From contig NC_134035.1 of the NCBI RefSeq assembly GCF_964204645.1, positions 7,534,451 through 7,598,450 on the forward strand: DNA of 64,000 nucleotides. The letters are read 5' to 3'. The first letter of the stretch is position 1; every line of letters begins with the position of its first letter. Below, piece after piece: positions 41,301 to 53,823 of the stretch. The position numbers and the translations under genes are program-made. Under the pieces are notes generated by a model. The model made no database searches. It had not been told where the DNA came from and was given only the letters and a program-made list of their open reading frames with translations. This stretch comes from Tubulanus polymorphus (lineage: Eukaryota; Animalia; Nemertea).

Positions 41301-44300
41301 AAAACTACCATGGTCGAAAATTACCAGTCAGTAAGTCGCTGAGGAATTTTTTCGTTTTTTGGACAATCATTCAACGTTTTTTACTTGCTTGTATAGTTAT
41401 ACACGAAACATATACGTGCCAACAAACCAATATAACCAACTTAAGTAAATCCTTCGGTGAACGCAACTTGTCATTTTATTGAAAGGAAAATATATCGAAT
41501 CTGATCATCTTTAATATGTATACCAACGGCGCATACAGCTGAGGTCTCGACCAGTAAATCTACCGTCGTGTCTACACGTTCGCCTTGTGTTTCCTCGAAT
41601 AATTATGTCATCCCAATGTCTACACTCGTACACGGCTGTATCACCATCGAAATATTCCATCTGAGTTGTCACCAGTCTGGTGGATCTTCTCGGCCACGGT
41701 GGACGTCCACAACGAGCTCGTTGAACCCTGCGAGCTATCAGAGAAGGCACGAAATAATGAATACCGCTCATCTTCGAAGAAGTCCCACAATTCGAATTGC
41801 TATATTATATAATCAATTGAAACCACAACGTTTCAGCCGTCGACTAACAGCCCTCGTGGAACGACTAGAAACAGATCATCATAACAATTCGAATTTCAAT
41901 GTGATTTCTTCGATTATCTACAGTGTGTACACGTATTATAGTTTATTAGACTACCGCGGCATATCTTGATTGAACCGAGACTAAATAATGTCATAGGAAA
42001 ACGAAACACTCACGTGCAACGCTGAGAAAACTAGATATCCAGGGACATCATGTCAACTTGGGAAGTGGTTTCAAATGCTCAACATCCTAACAGTTTCAGT
42101 AATCAATGTCCCCTGGTGACCATATACAAAACCTAGTGACCTTGCAACTCACCAAAAAAATGATAGAATATGTCAAGAGCTACAACTTAGCAATTGATTG
42201 TGGTTACATAATATGCATAGGTACCAATATTGTATGGAAATACTAAGTTATCCTACTATTAAACGCCCCTGTTGACCATATGCAAAAAGAAAATACCTTT
42301 AAACTTACTACAATCATAAAACATGAGTTACCAATAATAATATGGAAATGCTAGGTAATTATACTATTCAACGCCCCCTGGTGACCATAAACAAACGCCA
42401 ATATGAGCTTGGAGCTCACCACAACCATAGAACATGCCATGTGTAGAATTTTGCAATTCAATGTGGTAACAAAATATGCCTAGGTACCAATATAATATGG
42501 AAATACTAAGTTATTCTACCATTCAACGCCACCTGGTGATCATATATATATATATATTGTATATTATTTGATATCTTACTCCCCTTGGTGGCAAGACCAA
42601 AGAATCGTCGATCCCAAATTCCATATGAGGAGATTTATCATATGACTGTGCTAATAATTATCGAATATGAAGACTTTAAATTCAAACCTGCTGTTGTTTT
42701 CCTCAGAAAATTTCCACCTAGTATGAGTACTGATGACACTAAGATGGCCGTCAATTGCGTGATAAGTGGCTGATCGAAAATACCTTCACATCCATTAAAG
42801 ATCCCTTTTCATGGAATACCCACCACAAATTGCGATAAAAATGACAAACCATTAGGAAGCTACAGGACTCAGAATTCAGGCCAACATTGACATTTTTGGG
42901 CACAAAAAAGGTCTCAGGACAGCCATCATGAGTCCGACACCCCCAATTTTTTTCTAATGCCGATAGGCCCTTGGGGATACAAATATATGTGAACGATCAA
43001 GGTAATTGATTAAAGCGTCTTCAAAATTTCCCTTGAAAACTTCAAAAATGTGTAAAAAGTGCCGATTTCGGCGAACAAAAATGGCTGCCAGTCGGCCATC
43101 TTGAATCTGACCAGGCAGATTTTTGGGCTGAAGATGTGTCTGGGGTAGATGCATGTATAAACCAAATATCAAGACATTACCTTGTAGCGTCTTCAAAACT
43201 TCCCAAAATAACGGACGGACAAACGGACGAAAAGTGAACGCAATAGCTCGCTGGGACTAAAGTCCCAAGTGGGCTAAAAGGAATACGTATATATAGTGGA
43301 TCCCGCTTGTCTCAGATCTTGGAGTAGTCAAATGATTACTCCCAAGGTAAGTGTATTCCGGGTAGGCAGTCACCATTATTGTACGTACTAAATTCTATTC
43401 TACTTTATCACATGTCTAAGAGTATAGGGACATTTTTAACGTTTTGTCTGAGGAAATCGGCTACGTGGAGTCTACCGTGTATAACCTTACCTTCACACGT
43501 TGGGGGAAAGGCATCGTACGTCCCGGCAGAAGTACATGTTATCTCCAGTGAGCCGCTGACGAGGATATATCCCGGCAAGCACTGATATTCCACGACAGCA
43601 CCTGCTGTATACTCCCACGGGTCACCTGTCTTACGAGCGTTAACTCCATCACCAGGACGAGTACACGTTGGTTCTTCCTGCGACGGCAGAGCGTCGTTCT
43701 CCGTATCCGCATGGCTCACAGTGTTTTGTTCCTCCGCTGAAAAGAAAGCGTATCCCAGCATTATCGGTATTCTAATAAACAGTTGTAAGTTGATGTATTT
43801 CAACTATCGAGTATATACGTAAATGAATCGTAGATTTACCCAAACCGCATACAGGGGGACTTCCAGAAAACGCCCTGTCAGCCTGACATATACGTTGCAA
43901 GTCGCCACTCAGTAAAACCGTATCACTTGATGAACATTTGTAAGTAACGACTGCCCTTTCCTTCCCGTCGTGGAAAATTAGTGGATTCGCGTCAATTCTC
44001 GTAACACCAACGCCACCCTCAGGATCACCGCAACTCGATTCTAAACGAATAATTAGGAGATTATTTTTACTCTAAAGTATTTATTAGCGTTATGCCGGGC
44101 GTATTGTACTGGTAACTAAACTGTTTTCAAATTGTATGTGACTAAAAGGTTTCATCGTAATACGTACGGCATATGGGTAAGTTACAGTAAAGCCATCTGA
44201 TTTGCTCTCTGGTAGTGTAACACCATGGTGTCTTTGAGTTGGATGGGTTCCTGCAGTAGTTTCCCTCAACATATGTAAAGTGATGGCTATGTGGAAAAGT

Positions 44301-47300
44301 AGAACTCCACTCCTGGCATCGAATACCAAATGTCTCGCTCATATTTCCTCGATACCCAGTACCTGACACGCGTAACTTACAGTAATTCACTGCCTGGCTC
44401 GCATCTGTTAGAAAACGATTCTGACATTTAGCGAGACGCTACTTCGACAAATATCAGCGATTAGTATATTGCATCATCATAACTTATTGTTAGTTTTTTT
44501 TTTTATTGATTCCCAGCTTTTTTGCTAATATACCCCTCAGGGTATTTTTGTCCCTTTTCTTTGCTACAGTAGCAATGAATTCGTGTAACTTATTCATTTC
44601 ACTAAAAAATAAGCTTATTGAGAAATAATCTGAAATATTGAAATAATAATGAGAAATATTGTTTTGTCTCGTGTTTTCGTATGTCTTTGCACGTCAGGTT
44701 TCAGTGAGCACTCACCTTTACAGACCGGTAAATTGTTTGTCACCCATTTCGCCTCGGTTGAACACGATACTTGAGTGTTTCCAGCGACCAGGTAGAACGT
44801 ATCATCGCACTGATACTGAATGCTTTCACCTGCTTTAACCACTCCCTTCGCGTCTGTTTGAGCATTTTCGATTGTCGGTGGCTTCGGACAGACATCTTAA
44901 AAATGACAAACGTAACGTAAATTGTTCATATAGCACTAGCGAGATGAGTCAAAGCGACGTTTTATTTTTGGATGAAAAAATACTCTTTTAATCAGAGAAC
45001 AGGATATGGGTACTAACAGTAAATGGACCACAGCCACACCGACCAAACCAAATTACAAACTCTGTCCAATACTGGTCAGAGAATTCACACCTAGACCTTG
45101 ATTGGCCATAACGTCAGTCAGGTGACTGGTGACTAGTCACTACGTACATCTGACTGGCCACCAGTCACTACAATCACCGGACAAACTTACAAACTGTCCA
45201 ACACTACTGGTCTATGGTCTAGTTGTTAGTGTGCTCAGTTGGCGTACTGAATGTTGCAGGTTCGAGACCTGCTAGGGTTAGGGTTACGTTCGAGCTAGGC
45301 TTAGGTTTACGGTGGAGCTAGGGTTAGGGTTAGCGGCGCTTTGGGTTTAATTTCTCGTGCAGCTAAGGTTAGGAAGATTTTCTTTTTGAAACTAAGAACT
45401 AACAATGACAATTCCTGGCTGTGGGTCCGAAACAAATATTGGACGTTTACTGAAGTAAACAGTCTGAGTTGCTACTGCTGACAAAATAATGCGTGATGAC
45501 GTAAAAACGTCACGAACAATGACATCGACTTCCTATTTTATGTCACATATACGAATATGTGCCGATTGAAATCATTAACAGAAATCAATCTGTTTTGAGC
45601 CTTGTGTTAAAATTAGTTCATTTTCAATTATTTTATCCAAGAGTCATAAACTCAAGTGGATCTGCCGACACTTAAAAGTGCGTATGACCGAACTACAGTG
45701 CATTTCAGTTATTAGCTCCGACCATTGTCAGCTAAAAATACGAAAATCGAAGTTCGACCTGGATGTAATTGCAAAATCCCACCTCTACCAGCCTAACGAG
45801 TATGGTTCATTGAGGTGTATATTCTGTATTTTTTCATTGCGCAGTTAGGAATGATTCGTTAAAGATAATCCAACATTCTGTATTGTGATACTAAACCAAT
45901 CCTTTGGAACGAATTCTTTTCGGGGAATAATTCATTTTCAGATATACTTATTTATGCTTTTTCATGATAAGCTACTCCATCTATAAATGAGCCTGTTACC
46001 AATAATTTACCTTCACAATTAAGGTTATTTGTCGAGTAGACACCGGTAGATAGACAAGTCGACATGACAACTTTATTAGCTATGCTGCTACACTGGTACT
46101 CGACAATGTCGCCTTCAACGTAGACATTTTTCCGATTCGTTATAGTAGCACCGTTGACCTCTTCCGGCGGTCCACAACTCACTGTTATAAAAGACGTAAG
46201 CCATTGTGCATTCATGATTAGATCTAATCTATCTTATTTTAGATATCATATTTGATCTATTTTCTATCTTGTTTTCTTATCAGAGCGTAGTGGGCCTTCA
46301 GGTGTGCAGCCATTTTGTCGTCCAATTTTACATCCTGTCACATGGAACATTTTATTTCAACAAAGCTGAAAATTCTTGTTCTCTGACGAATAAACTTTGG
46401 TTTAATATACTGTACTATAAACCATTATTATATAGACTACCGAACAAAAACAAAACAGGTGTTTGCCTAAAAACATTTCTATTTCCGTACAATTGCTAGA
46501 GATATTATCAATTTGTGAGTGAATTAATTTCTGTGAAGCTCTATTGATGACGATAGGAACGTTTATTCAGATCATTCTGAAACAGAGATAGTTTTATTAT
46601 TTATTATTTCATACTCACTTTTACAACGTGGTATGTTACAGAAAACTGGGTTCCCTCCGATTTTGGTATAACACCACGGTCTTTCTGCCGGGTTCGTACC
46701 CGGATTTCGACAGTAGTTAGAAGCCGCTTCGATCGACCCGTCCAGGTTGCTCCAGTGTTCAGACGACGAATACGCGTGACTGAAAGACGACCACGCGATA
46801 CACTTTTCTCCACTATCAGTAACGGCTCGGTTTCCCAAATATTCGACCCCTTTGTTAGAAATCAGACAATTTCTTACGGCTGTCGGATGGTCTGAAAAAA
46901 ACACTAACTACATCAGTTACATATATAACGATCCTAAGTGGACAAGTATCAATATATGAATTCGCCAGAAAAACGATTTTCGTATAAATCAGTTCATTTT
47001 GAAATAATTTTGTTCATCTTTTCAAAATGATCGCATCAATGAAATCAAGTTTAATGAACTAAGATATCAAGAAGATAAGAACAGCATGAGCCTCTGTCTA
47101 TTATTTTGTTGTTGCTGACCCATTTCCAAAATGAAAATGCGATGTTTCTTACCATAACACGAAGGAACTGAGCTTTGCCAGAGGTTCTGATTGCCAAAAC
47201 ATACTAGTGAACGTTGAGCTTGTACATCGTGTGAGTAATGTCCGGCACTGCAAGCAACAATTGCCGTATTTCCAGTTTGGTAGGAAGTTTTCGGATCCAC

Positions 47301-48436
47301 CAATAACATACCAGTGCCAATAACCGGTGCGAGGCATGTATTAACTGTTATTTCTATTGATTATACCAAAAAACAAACTGGTAAATATGATGCGTTATGT
47401 ACGATATTCTGAATTCAAAATCGTAAAGAATATTCAATGGATAAATCTCTACAGTAACTACACAAAAACGTCTCAGTCGTTTTCTTGTATTTCGCCGAAT
47501 AAAATTTGATACAATGATCATGAATAATGTTTCTGTTTAATCGAGAATGATTTTTTGAAAGGAAATAACGAAAGACCACATTTAGGCCACATATAATGTC
47601 CCCGGACGATTTGTGGTTGTCCATTGTATATTGTAAATGTTATGTTTATAATAAAATTCCAATAGTTAAAAAAATAAAAAAATAAAAATAACGAATGTCA
47701 TCGGGACGCTTCCGAAATTATCCGCAGCTAAGGATCATATACATATATACAACTGTATTACTTACTGTAGCATTCTGGCTTTTGACCCTCAAATTTTCCG
47801 TCGTTCTGGCATTGACGATTCAGCTTTCCTGTATATAATTGATAGCCATCCAGACAGCTGAGATCCAACATATCACCGGTTTTATAACTCGACTTTAATT
47901 CCAGTAACTTCGTACCTTGACCCAATACTGGTGTGCCACAACTAATACCTACAGTTGGTATGTAAATAAGGAAGGCAATTCCGTATGAGCGCGGGATTGA
48001 GATGAATCAAACTATGCCCCTAACGTAGTAATATATCGCAAATTACATCATAAATTTTGGAAACTATTTCAAGGTAATCCTGTTACAAATGTAATTCGTT
48101 AATTCTTCGTTTCAATTGCACGCAATTCCATGAATATGAGACTCAATTGTTTGAAATTGTTTTTCTTTTGCTTACTGCAAACTGGAATAGAGCACTCTTG
48201 CCATCTCTGAGCCGGATCAGCTGTATAACACCAAACAGTCGTGTGGTTGCCCATAGGATTGCGACAGTAATTCACTGCCGCCGCGACGGACCCGCTAGGA
48301 AAGTAGCTATCGACGTTGTAGACGTGCGCATGCGGTGTTTGCGAAGCCCACGGCTGACAGACGAGTCCGGTTTTAGTGACCGCTACCGTACCCGTGTACG
48401 TGTCGCCCTTGACCGTCGGCAAACAATGGTTTTGAT
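35331..48436 (-). CDS. Multi-exon mosaic protein with kringle and sushi/CCP repeats plus C-terminal Cys-rich (resistin/PCSK9-like) modules; 5' exons lie beyond the Polinton
   Basis: Kringle exons (NYCRNP, PWCY) at about 48176-48436, 46617-46892 and 44164-44405. Sushi exons at about 47765-47950, 47152-47345, 46011-46183, 44715-44896, 43840-44041, 43491-43737 and 41525-41740. Cys-rich exons at about 36852-37058, 35757-35894 and 35331-35472 (stop). Boundaries are approximate. Confidence 0.8.
35990..36710. repeat. ~32-bp minisatellite (CTCAGACAATCTGCTGTCTGTACCCAGCACTC), intronic
   Basis: More than 20 tandem units; it accounts for the spurious repetitive ORFs. Confidence 0.95.
37295..37520. repeat. 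~75-bp tandem repeat, 3 units
   Basis: TGACATCATGAGACTC...CCCTCAGCAGGGA recurs. Confidence 0.75.
37880..38400 (+). mobile_element. Highly degraded LINE RT remnant
   Basis: Remnants of DLTKxFD- and LQKRAV-like motifs. Confidence 0.45.
38405..39570 (-). mobile_element. Second copy of the 28821-29925 repeat, interrupted by a Penelope-like fragment (about 38536-39020)
   Basis: Long sequence identity with 28821-29925; the insert carries GGATGATGGC...GCCGAAACGTTG. Confidence 0.65.
42030..43279 (+). mobile_element. Probable non-autonomous Helentron/HINE-like repeat
   Basis: Internal tandem units, a (GGAC)n microsatellite at 43210-43230, and a 3' hairpin TGGGACT-AA-AGTCCCA followed by an A-run. 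Confidence 0.4.
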
Positions 48437-48755
48437 CTATTGATAGAAAATGAAACGATGAAAACCCCGTTAACAATTGAACCTGGTATGAGTATACGGT
48501 ATTACGCTCATTCGACAACTGCTCAATCCAAGGTCAGACAAACAAAAAAGAAGTATTAGGTCTAATTCAAAAAATGTCGAGTAACGAGAGAAATCCAACA
48601 ATAAATTCAGCCAAAAATGAAAAAAGTCGACAAAAATCCACTATATAAAAGAAAAACTATCTGATAGTTTAGTAATTAGAAAAGTGGGGTTTCAGATCAG
48701 AGGACGAGAGGACGAGACACCACTCATCACCACAAGTAATTTTTTTTCCTTATAA

Positions 48756-51700
48756 ATGGGGGAGAATGAACACCAACCAGAAAACAATAATGTTAATAAA
48801 AATCAATATTATTGCACATATTGTAAAAAATACGTTGATACATCTAATAAAACACGACATGAAAAAACTGCAAATCATATAAAAAATGTAATAGATTTTG
48901 AAACTCCAGAAAATTCTAATGAAAGAAAAGAACGATTAGAAAATATGAATGTGGATGAAATAAAATGTGAAGTTTGTAATGAATTTATAGTAAAAAGGAA
49001 TTATAATAGACATCTCGAATCACAAAAACATTATAAAAATTTAAATAAAAATGTTTTAGGATTAGAATATTTTGATAATAAACCTCAACAAGTAAAAGAA
49101 TCAACTTCAAAAACTAAATCCATTTCAAATAAACCCTACATGGAAAATGTTAGAAATTATATTGATTCACTAGAAATAAAAGATACAATTGAAATCTTAG
49201 AAACATTACATAGTAAAATTGGTCCTGCAGCTATTATATTTAGATTTTTTAAAGGTACAACAATAGAAGATTATAGTAAATTTAATGAAATAATAGAAAA
49301 AATACTAGATTTGATAACAGATGTTGAATATCCAAAAATTAGTATCTCTGGGAAAGTAAGTTTTATAAAGTCAGAAGAAAAAATGGATTATAATATTCAA
49401 ACACTCTCTGAAGAAATAATTTCAAAAACACAAATAAAAGATAAGTTAGAAAAAATAGTAAATGAATTTGAACGTCATATTGAAGAAAGATATTTTGAGG
49501 GTTCTGGCTTAACATTGAATGAAATTATATATTTAGATTTAAATGTTTATAATACAAAAAGGAATAAAACATCAAAAAGTAATAAAATGTTTAAAAATGA
49601 TTCAAACTTTACAACAGAAAAGGATATTAAAGCATCATCTTATATTAAATTACCATTTATAACAAAAGCAGTAATAAATATTCAAAATGAAGATAATAAA
49701 TGTTTTCTATGGTCAATTATTAGTTGCTTACATCCAACACAGGAAAAATGTTTGTAGAATAACAGATTATCGGAAATATGAAACATTATATAAAATTGAT
49801 CAATATCCAGTAACTATAAAAATGATTCCTAAAATAGAAAAAGTTAATAATTTAAAAATAAATGTATTCGAATTAATGCAATTACCAAAAACAAAAGGTG
49901 AAAATATTAAAGATTATACATTGGAAGCTTTATATTTAACAGAATATTATGATGATGAAAATGCTATAGATTTGTTATATTATAAAAAAGATGAAAATGA
50001 ACATTATATGTGGTTAAAACAAATTGATTTATTCTTTAGAACAACAGAAAGTGATCATCATCGTAAAATTTATCTATGTAGAAAATGTTTATCTAAATTT
50101 ATGACTGAGAATACATTATTAAAACATAAAGAATTATGTGATAATAAAGATTTTTGTAAATTAATAATGCCAACAGAAAAAGATTATAAATTGAAATTTA
50201 CTAATCATAAATTTAAAAATATTATTCCATTTGTAATTTATGGGGATTTTGAATCGTTGAATAAAGAATTAACTGATCAAGATAGAAAAGAAATATATAA
50301 CAAAAAGCAATTATTAAAATCAATGGATAAAGGAAATGAATTAAATGAAGACACAATACAAGACCCACCAATTATAAATACAATTAAAAAAGTTCATCAA
50401 AGAGCTGCTGCTTATGGAATTTACATCAAATCAAATTATCCCGAATTATATGAAAGTCAATATATTTCTTTTAGAGGTGAAAATGTAGTTAATGATTTTT
50501 GTGATAAAATGATTGAATTAGAAAGTGATTTTACAAAATTATTAAACAAAAATAAAAGAATAGTTATGACAAAAGAAGATGAAATTGATTTTAATTATGC
50601 AACTCATTGTTGTTATTGTGAAAAACGTTTTTATTCATTTGATAAAAGAGTTAGAGATCATGATCATTTGAATTCAAAATATCGTGGAGCTGCTCATGAA
50701 GATTGTAATTTACAAGCTAAAAAAGTAAATTTCGTACCAATATTATTTCATAATTTATCAGGATATGATACCCATCTATTTATAAAACAATTATCGGGAA
50801 AATTGGGTGCAATTAATCAAGAAATAGAAGAATATAATGCTATGAATGAAGCAAATGTAAGAAAATATGATTTTAAACTATTAGCTAAAACATCTGAAAA
50901 TTATATTTCATTTCAATTTGGTTGCATTAGATTTTTAGATTCTTATAGATTTCTAGCAAGTTCATTAGATAATTTATCAAAATCATTAGTTGATAATGAT
51001 TTTATTATAACTCGATATTATTATCCAAATGAACAAGATTTTAAATTATTGAGATATAAAGGCGCAATTCCTTATTCATTTTATAAAACACATGATGATT
51101 TTAATGTAACAGAATTATTAAAAGATCAATTTTATGATCAATTAAAAGAGGAGTATGTGAAAGACGAAGTTTTTAATAGAACATTTAATATTTGGAACCA
51201 TTTTAATATGAAAAATCATGGTGAATTAGTTGATTTATATTTAAAATCAGATGTTATGATATTGGCAGATATATTTGAAAAGTTTAGAGAAGTTAATCTA
51301 AACCATTTTTATGTTGACCCTTGTTATTGTTATTCAAGTCCTGGTTTAACCTGGCAATGTGGTTTAAAATATACAAATGTAGAATTAGATTTATCAAAAG
51401 AACCAGATATGGTTTTATTATTTGAAAAATCAATTAGAGGTGGAATTAGTGGTGTTATGGGAGATAGGTATTTTAAAGCAAATGATGAATATAAATTATT
51501 ATATATTGACGCCAATAATTTATATGGTTGGGCAATGATGCAACCTCAACCATACAAAAATTTTATATTAACAGAAGTTGAAAATGATGATAAAACTGAT
51601 TGGGAAAGCGCAATTACGAGTTTAAAAGATGAAGCACCAATTGGTTATTTCTTTGTAGTTGATTTGGAATATCCCGAAAATATTAAATTTAAAACAAGAA

Positions 51701-53823
51701 ACTTGCCATATTGCCCGGAACATTTAGCCGTAGATGATAGTTATTTAAGTGAATACCAGAAGAAAGTAAAACCGAAAGATCATGTTTTTACGGAAAAATT
51801 AATACTTACTCAAAATAATAAATACAATTATATTGTTCATTATAGAATGTTAAAATTTTATCTAAAACAAGGAATGAAATTAAAGAAAGTACATAGATAT
51901 ATTGAATTTAATCAATCGAAGTGGTTAGAAAAATATATAGATTTCAATACTCAACAGAGAACCATATCAAAAACAGATTTTGAAAAAGATTTCTTCAAAT
52001 TAATGAATAATAGTTTTTATGGTAAAACTTGTGAGAATATTCGTAATAGAAACGATATTGAATTAGTAAATAATTCTGAAAGATTAAGACATTTACAATC
52101 AATTCCTAGACATTTAGGAAATAAAAGATTTGAAGATTATTTAACAGCAGTTAAATTAAAAAGAACATCAATGAAATTTAATAAACCTATATTTATTGGT
52201 TCGACTGTTTTAGAAGTATCAAAATTATTAATGTATGATTTTTATTATAATGTTTTACAACCACTTTTTGGAGAAAAACATATAGAAATATTATATTTTG
52301 ATTCTGTTACAGCAGACACCCCAATATTATTAAAATACAATAATAAAATATTGGTAAGAAGAATTTCAGAAATAATTCCTAATCAAAATAAATCTTATAT
52401 TTCATATGGTGAAAAAGAATTAATACAAATAAATGGATTAATAGATGTTTGGACAAGAAATGGATGGAAAAAATTAAATAATATTATTAGACATAAAACA
52501 AATAAGAAAATCTATAGAGTTAGAACTAAATTAGGATTTGTAGATGTTACAGAAGATCATAGTTTAATTAAACAAAATGGTGATGAAATAAAACCAACTG
52601 ATATAAAAATTGGAGATGAATTATTACATAAAAGATTTTACCCAAGAATGAATCATATGTCATTTGATGAAATAATTGATAATATTTATAATATAGAACC
52701 CAAAACATTAGAAGAAAAAGAATATTTTATCAAAGGATTTTTCATAGGTGATGGTTCAGCAGGTGTGTATAATTATGTTAGTGGAACTAAATATTGTTGG
52801 TATTTATGCAATCAAGACTTAAAATTATTAGATAGAATTAAGAAATTTTGCGAAGAAGTTTATTCACATAAAACATTTAGAATCATGGATGTTATGAAAT
52901 CATCAGCAGTTTATAGAATACTTGTAAATAATCCTAAAGATTTTGCTATAGAATATAATGATGAATTCTATATTCATGCAATAGTGAAAAGTAATACTTC
53001 AACAAAAGAAAAGATAGTTCCAGATTATGTATTAAATGCAAAAAATAATTTAAGAAAATGGTTCTTCATTGGGTTCTACGCAGCCGATGGTACTAAAAAA
53101 TTTACAAAGGATAAAAAGATAACCTTTGCACAGAAAGGAAAAGTTGCTATATCAGGGTTAAATATATTATGTAATTCATTAGGCTTCAATATGAATATTG
53201 GATTGATTAAATCTAAACCAAATTGTTTTAATCTAAGCCACACAGAAAAAGATTTAACTGAAGAAGTTAAAGATTTATTTGAAATATATAACCCAACAGA
53301 TTATGTTTATGATTTATCAACAGATGATGGAACATTCAATTCTGGGTTCCCATTAATCCAAAAAAATACTGATGCATACATACTAAAAATCAAGACAAAT
53401 GATATAACAAAAGACTTAAAAACATTAAAACATCATTTTGATTTTAGCAATTATCCTAAAGATCATGAACTATTTAGCAATGATAATAAAAAGATTCCTG
53501 GTAAATTTAAAGATGAATTAGGAGGTGATGAAATGATTGAATTTGTTGGGATAAGAAGTAAAATGTATTCATATAAAACTAAAGATCATGAATCTAAAAA
53601 GTTAAAAGGAATAACAAAACATGTGGTTGATAAACATATAGAATTTCAAGATTATATAAAGTGTTTATATAAATCAATTGTAATGAAACACAAAATGAAT
53701 TGTTTAAGATCAGAAAATCATGAAATGTATATAAATGAAATTGAAAAAACTAGTTTAAATCCATTTGATGATAAAAGGCATATTTTAGATGATGGTATAA
53801 AAACATTACCTTATGGTCATTAA
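48756..53823 (+). CDS. polB: Protein-primed family B DNA polymerase (N-terminal zinc fingers, exonuclease with endonuclease VII-like insert, intein); one 1-nt frameshift at about 49742-49748
   Basis: Motifs YGDFES, RDHDH..YRGAAH..CN, FHNLSGYD, YIDANNLYGWAM, KLMNNSFYGK, YFD/TD, PGKFKDE, RSKMY and DDKR. Confidence 0.93.
52303..53367 (+). mobile_element. Intein (355 aa) with LAGLIDADG homing endonuclease, inside pPolB motif C
   Basis: YFD|SVTADTP (block A), VDVTEDHSL (block B), FIKGFFIGDG and FFIGFYAADG (LAGLIDADG), YVYDLST (block F), IQKN|T (block G, +1 Thr). Confidence 0.95.

Noticed and set aside
21885-45275. tRNA genes suggested by GTTCGAA B-box-like strings (about 21890, 22520, 34218, 34341, 35185, 45260)
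   Set aside because: No cloverleaf could be built; these are probably SINE or other repeat remnants.
49687-49757. Programmed ribosomal frameshift between the two pPolB ORFs
   Set aside because: The paralogous fragment at about 30.6 kb is continuous across this site, and there is no canonical slippery heptamer.
50590-50712. HNH/endonuclease VII-like segment inside pPolB as a second mobile insert
   Set aside because: This is a regular feature of many Polinton pPolBs, and it has no splicing motifs.
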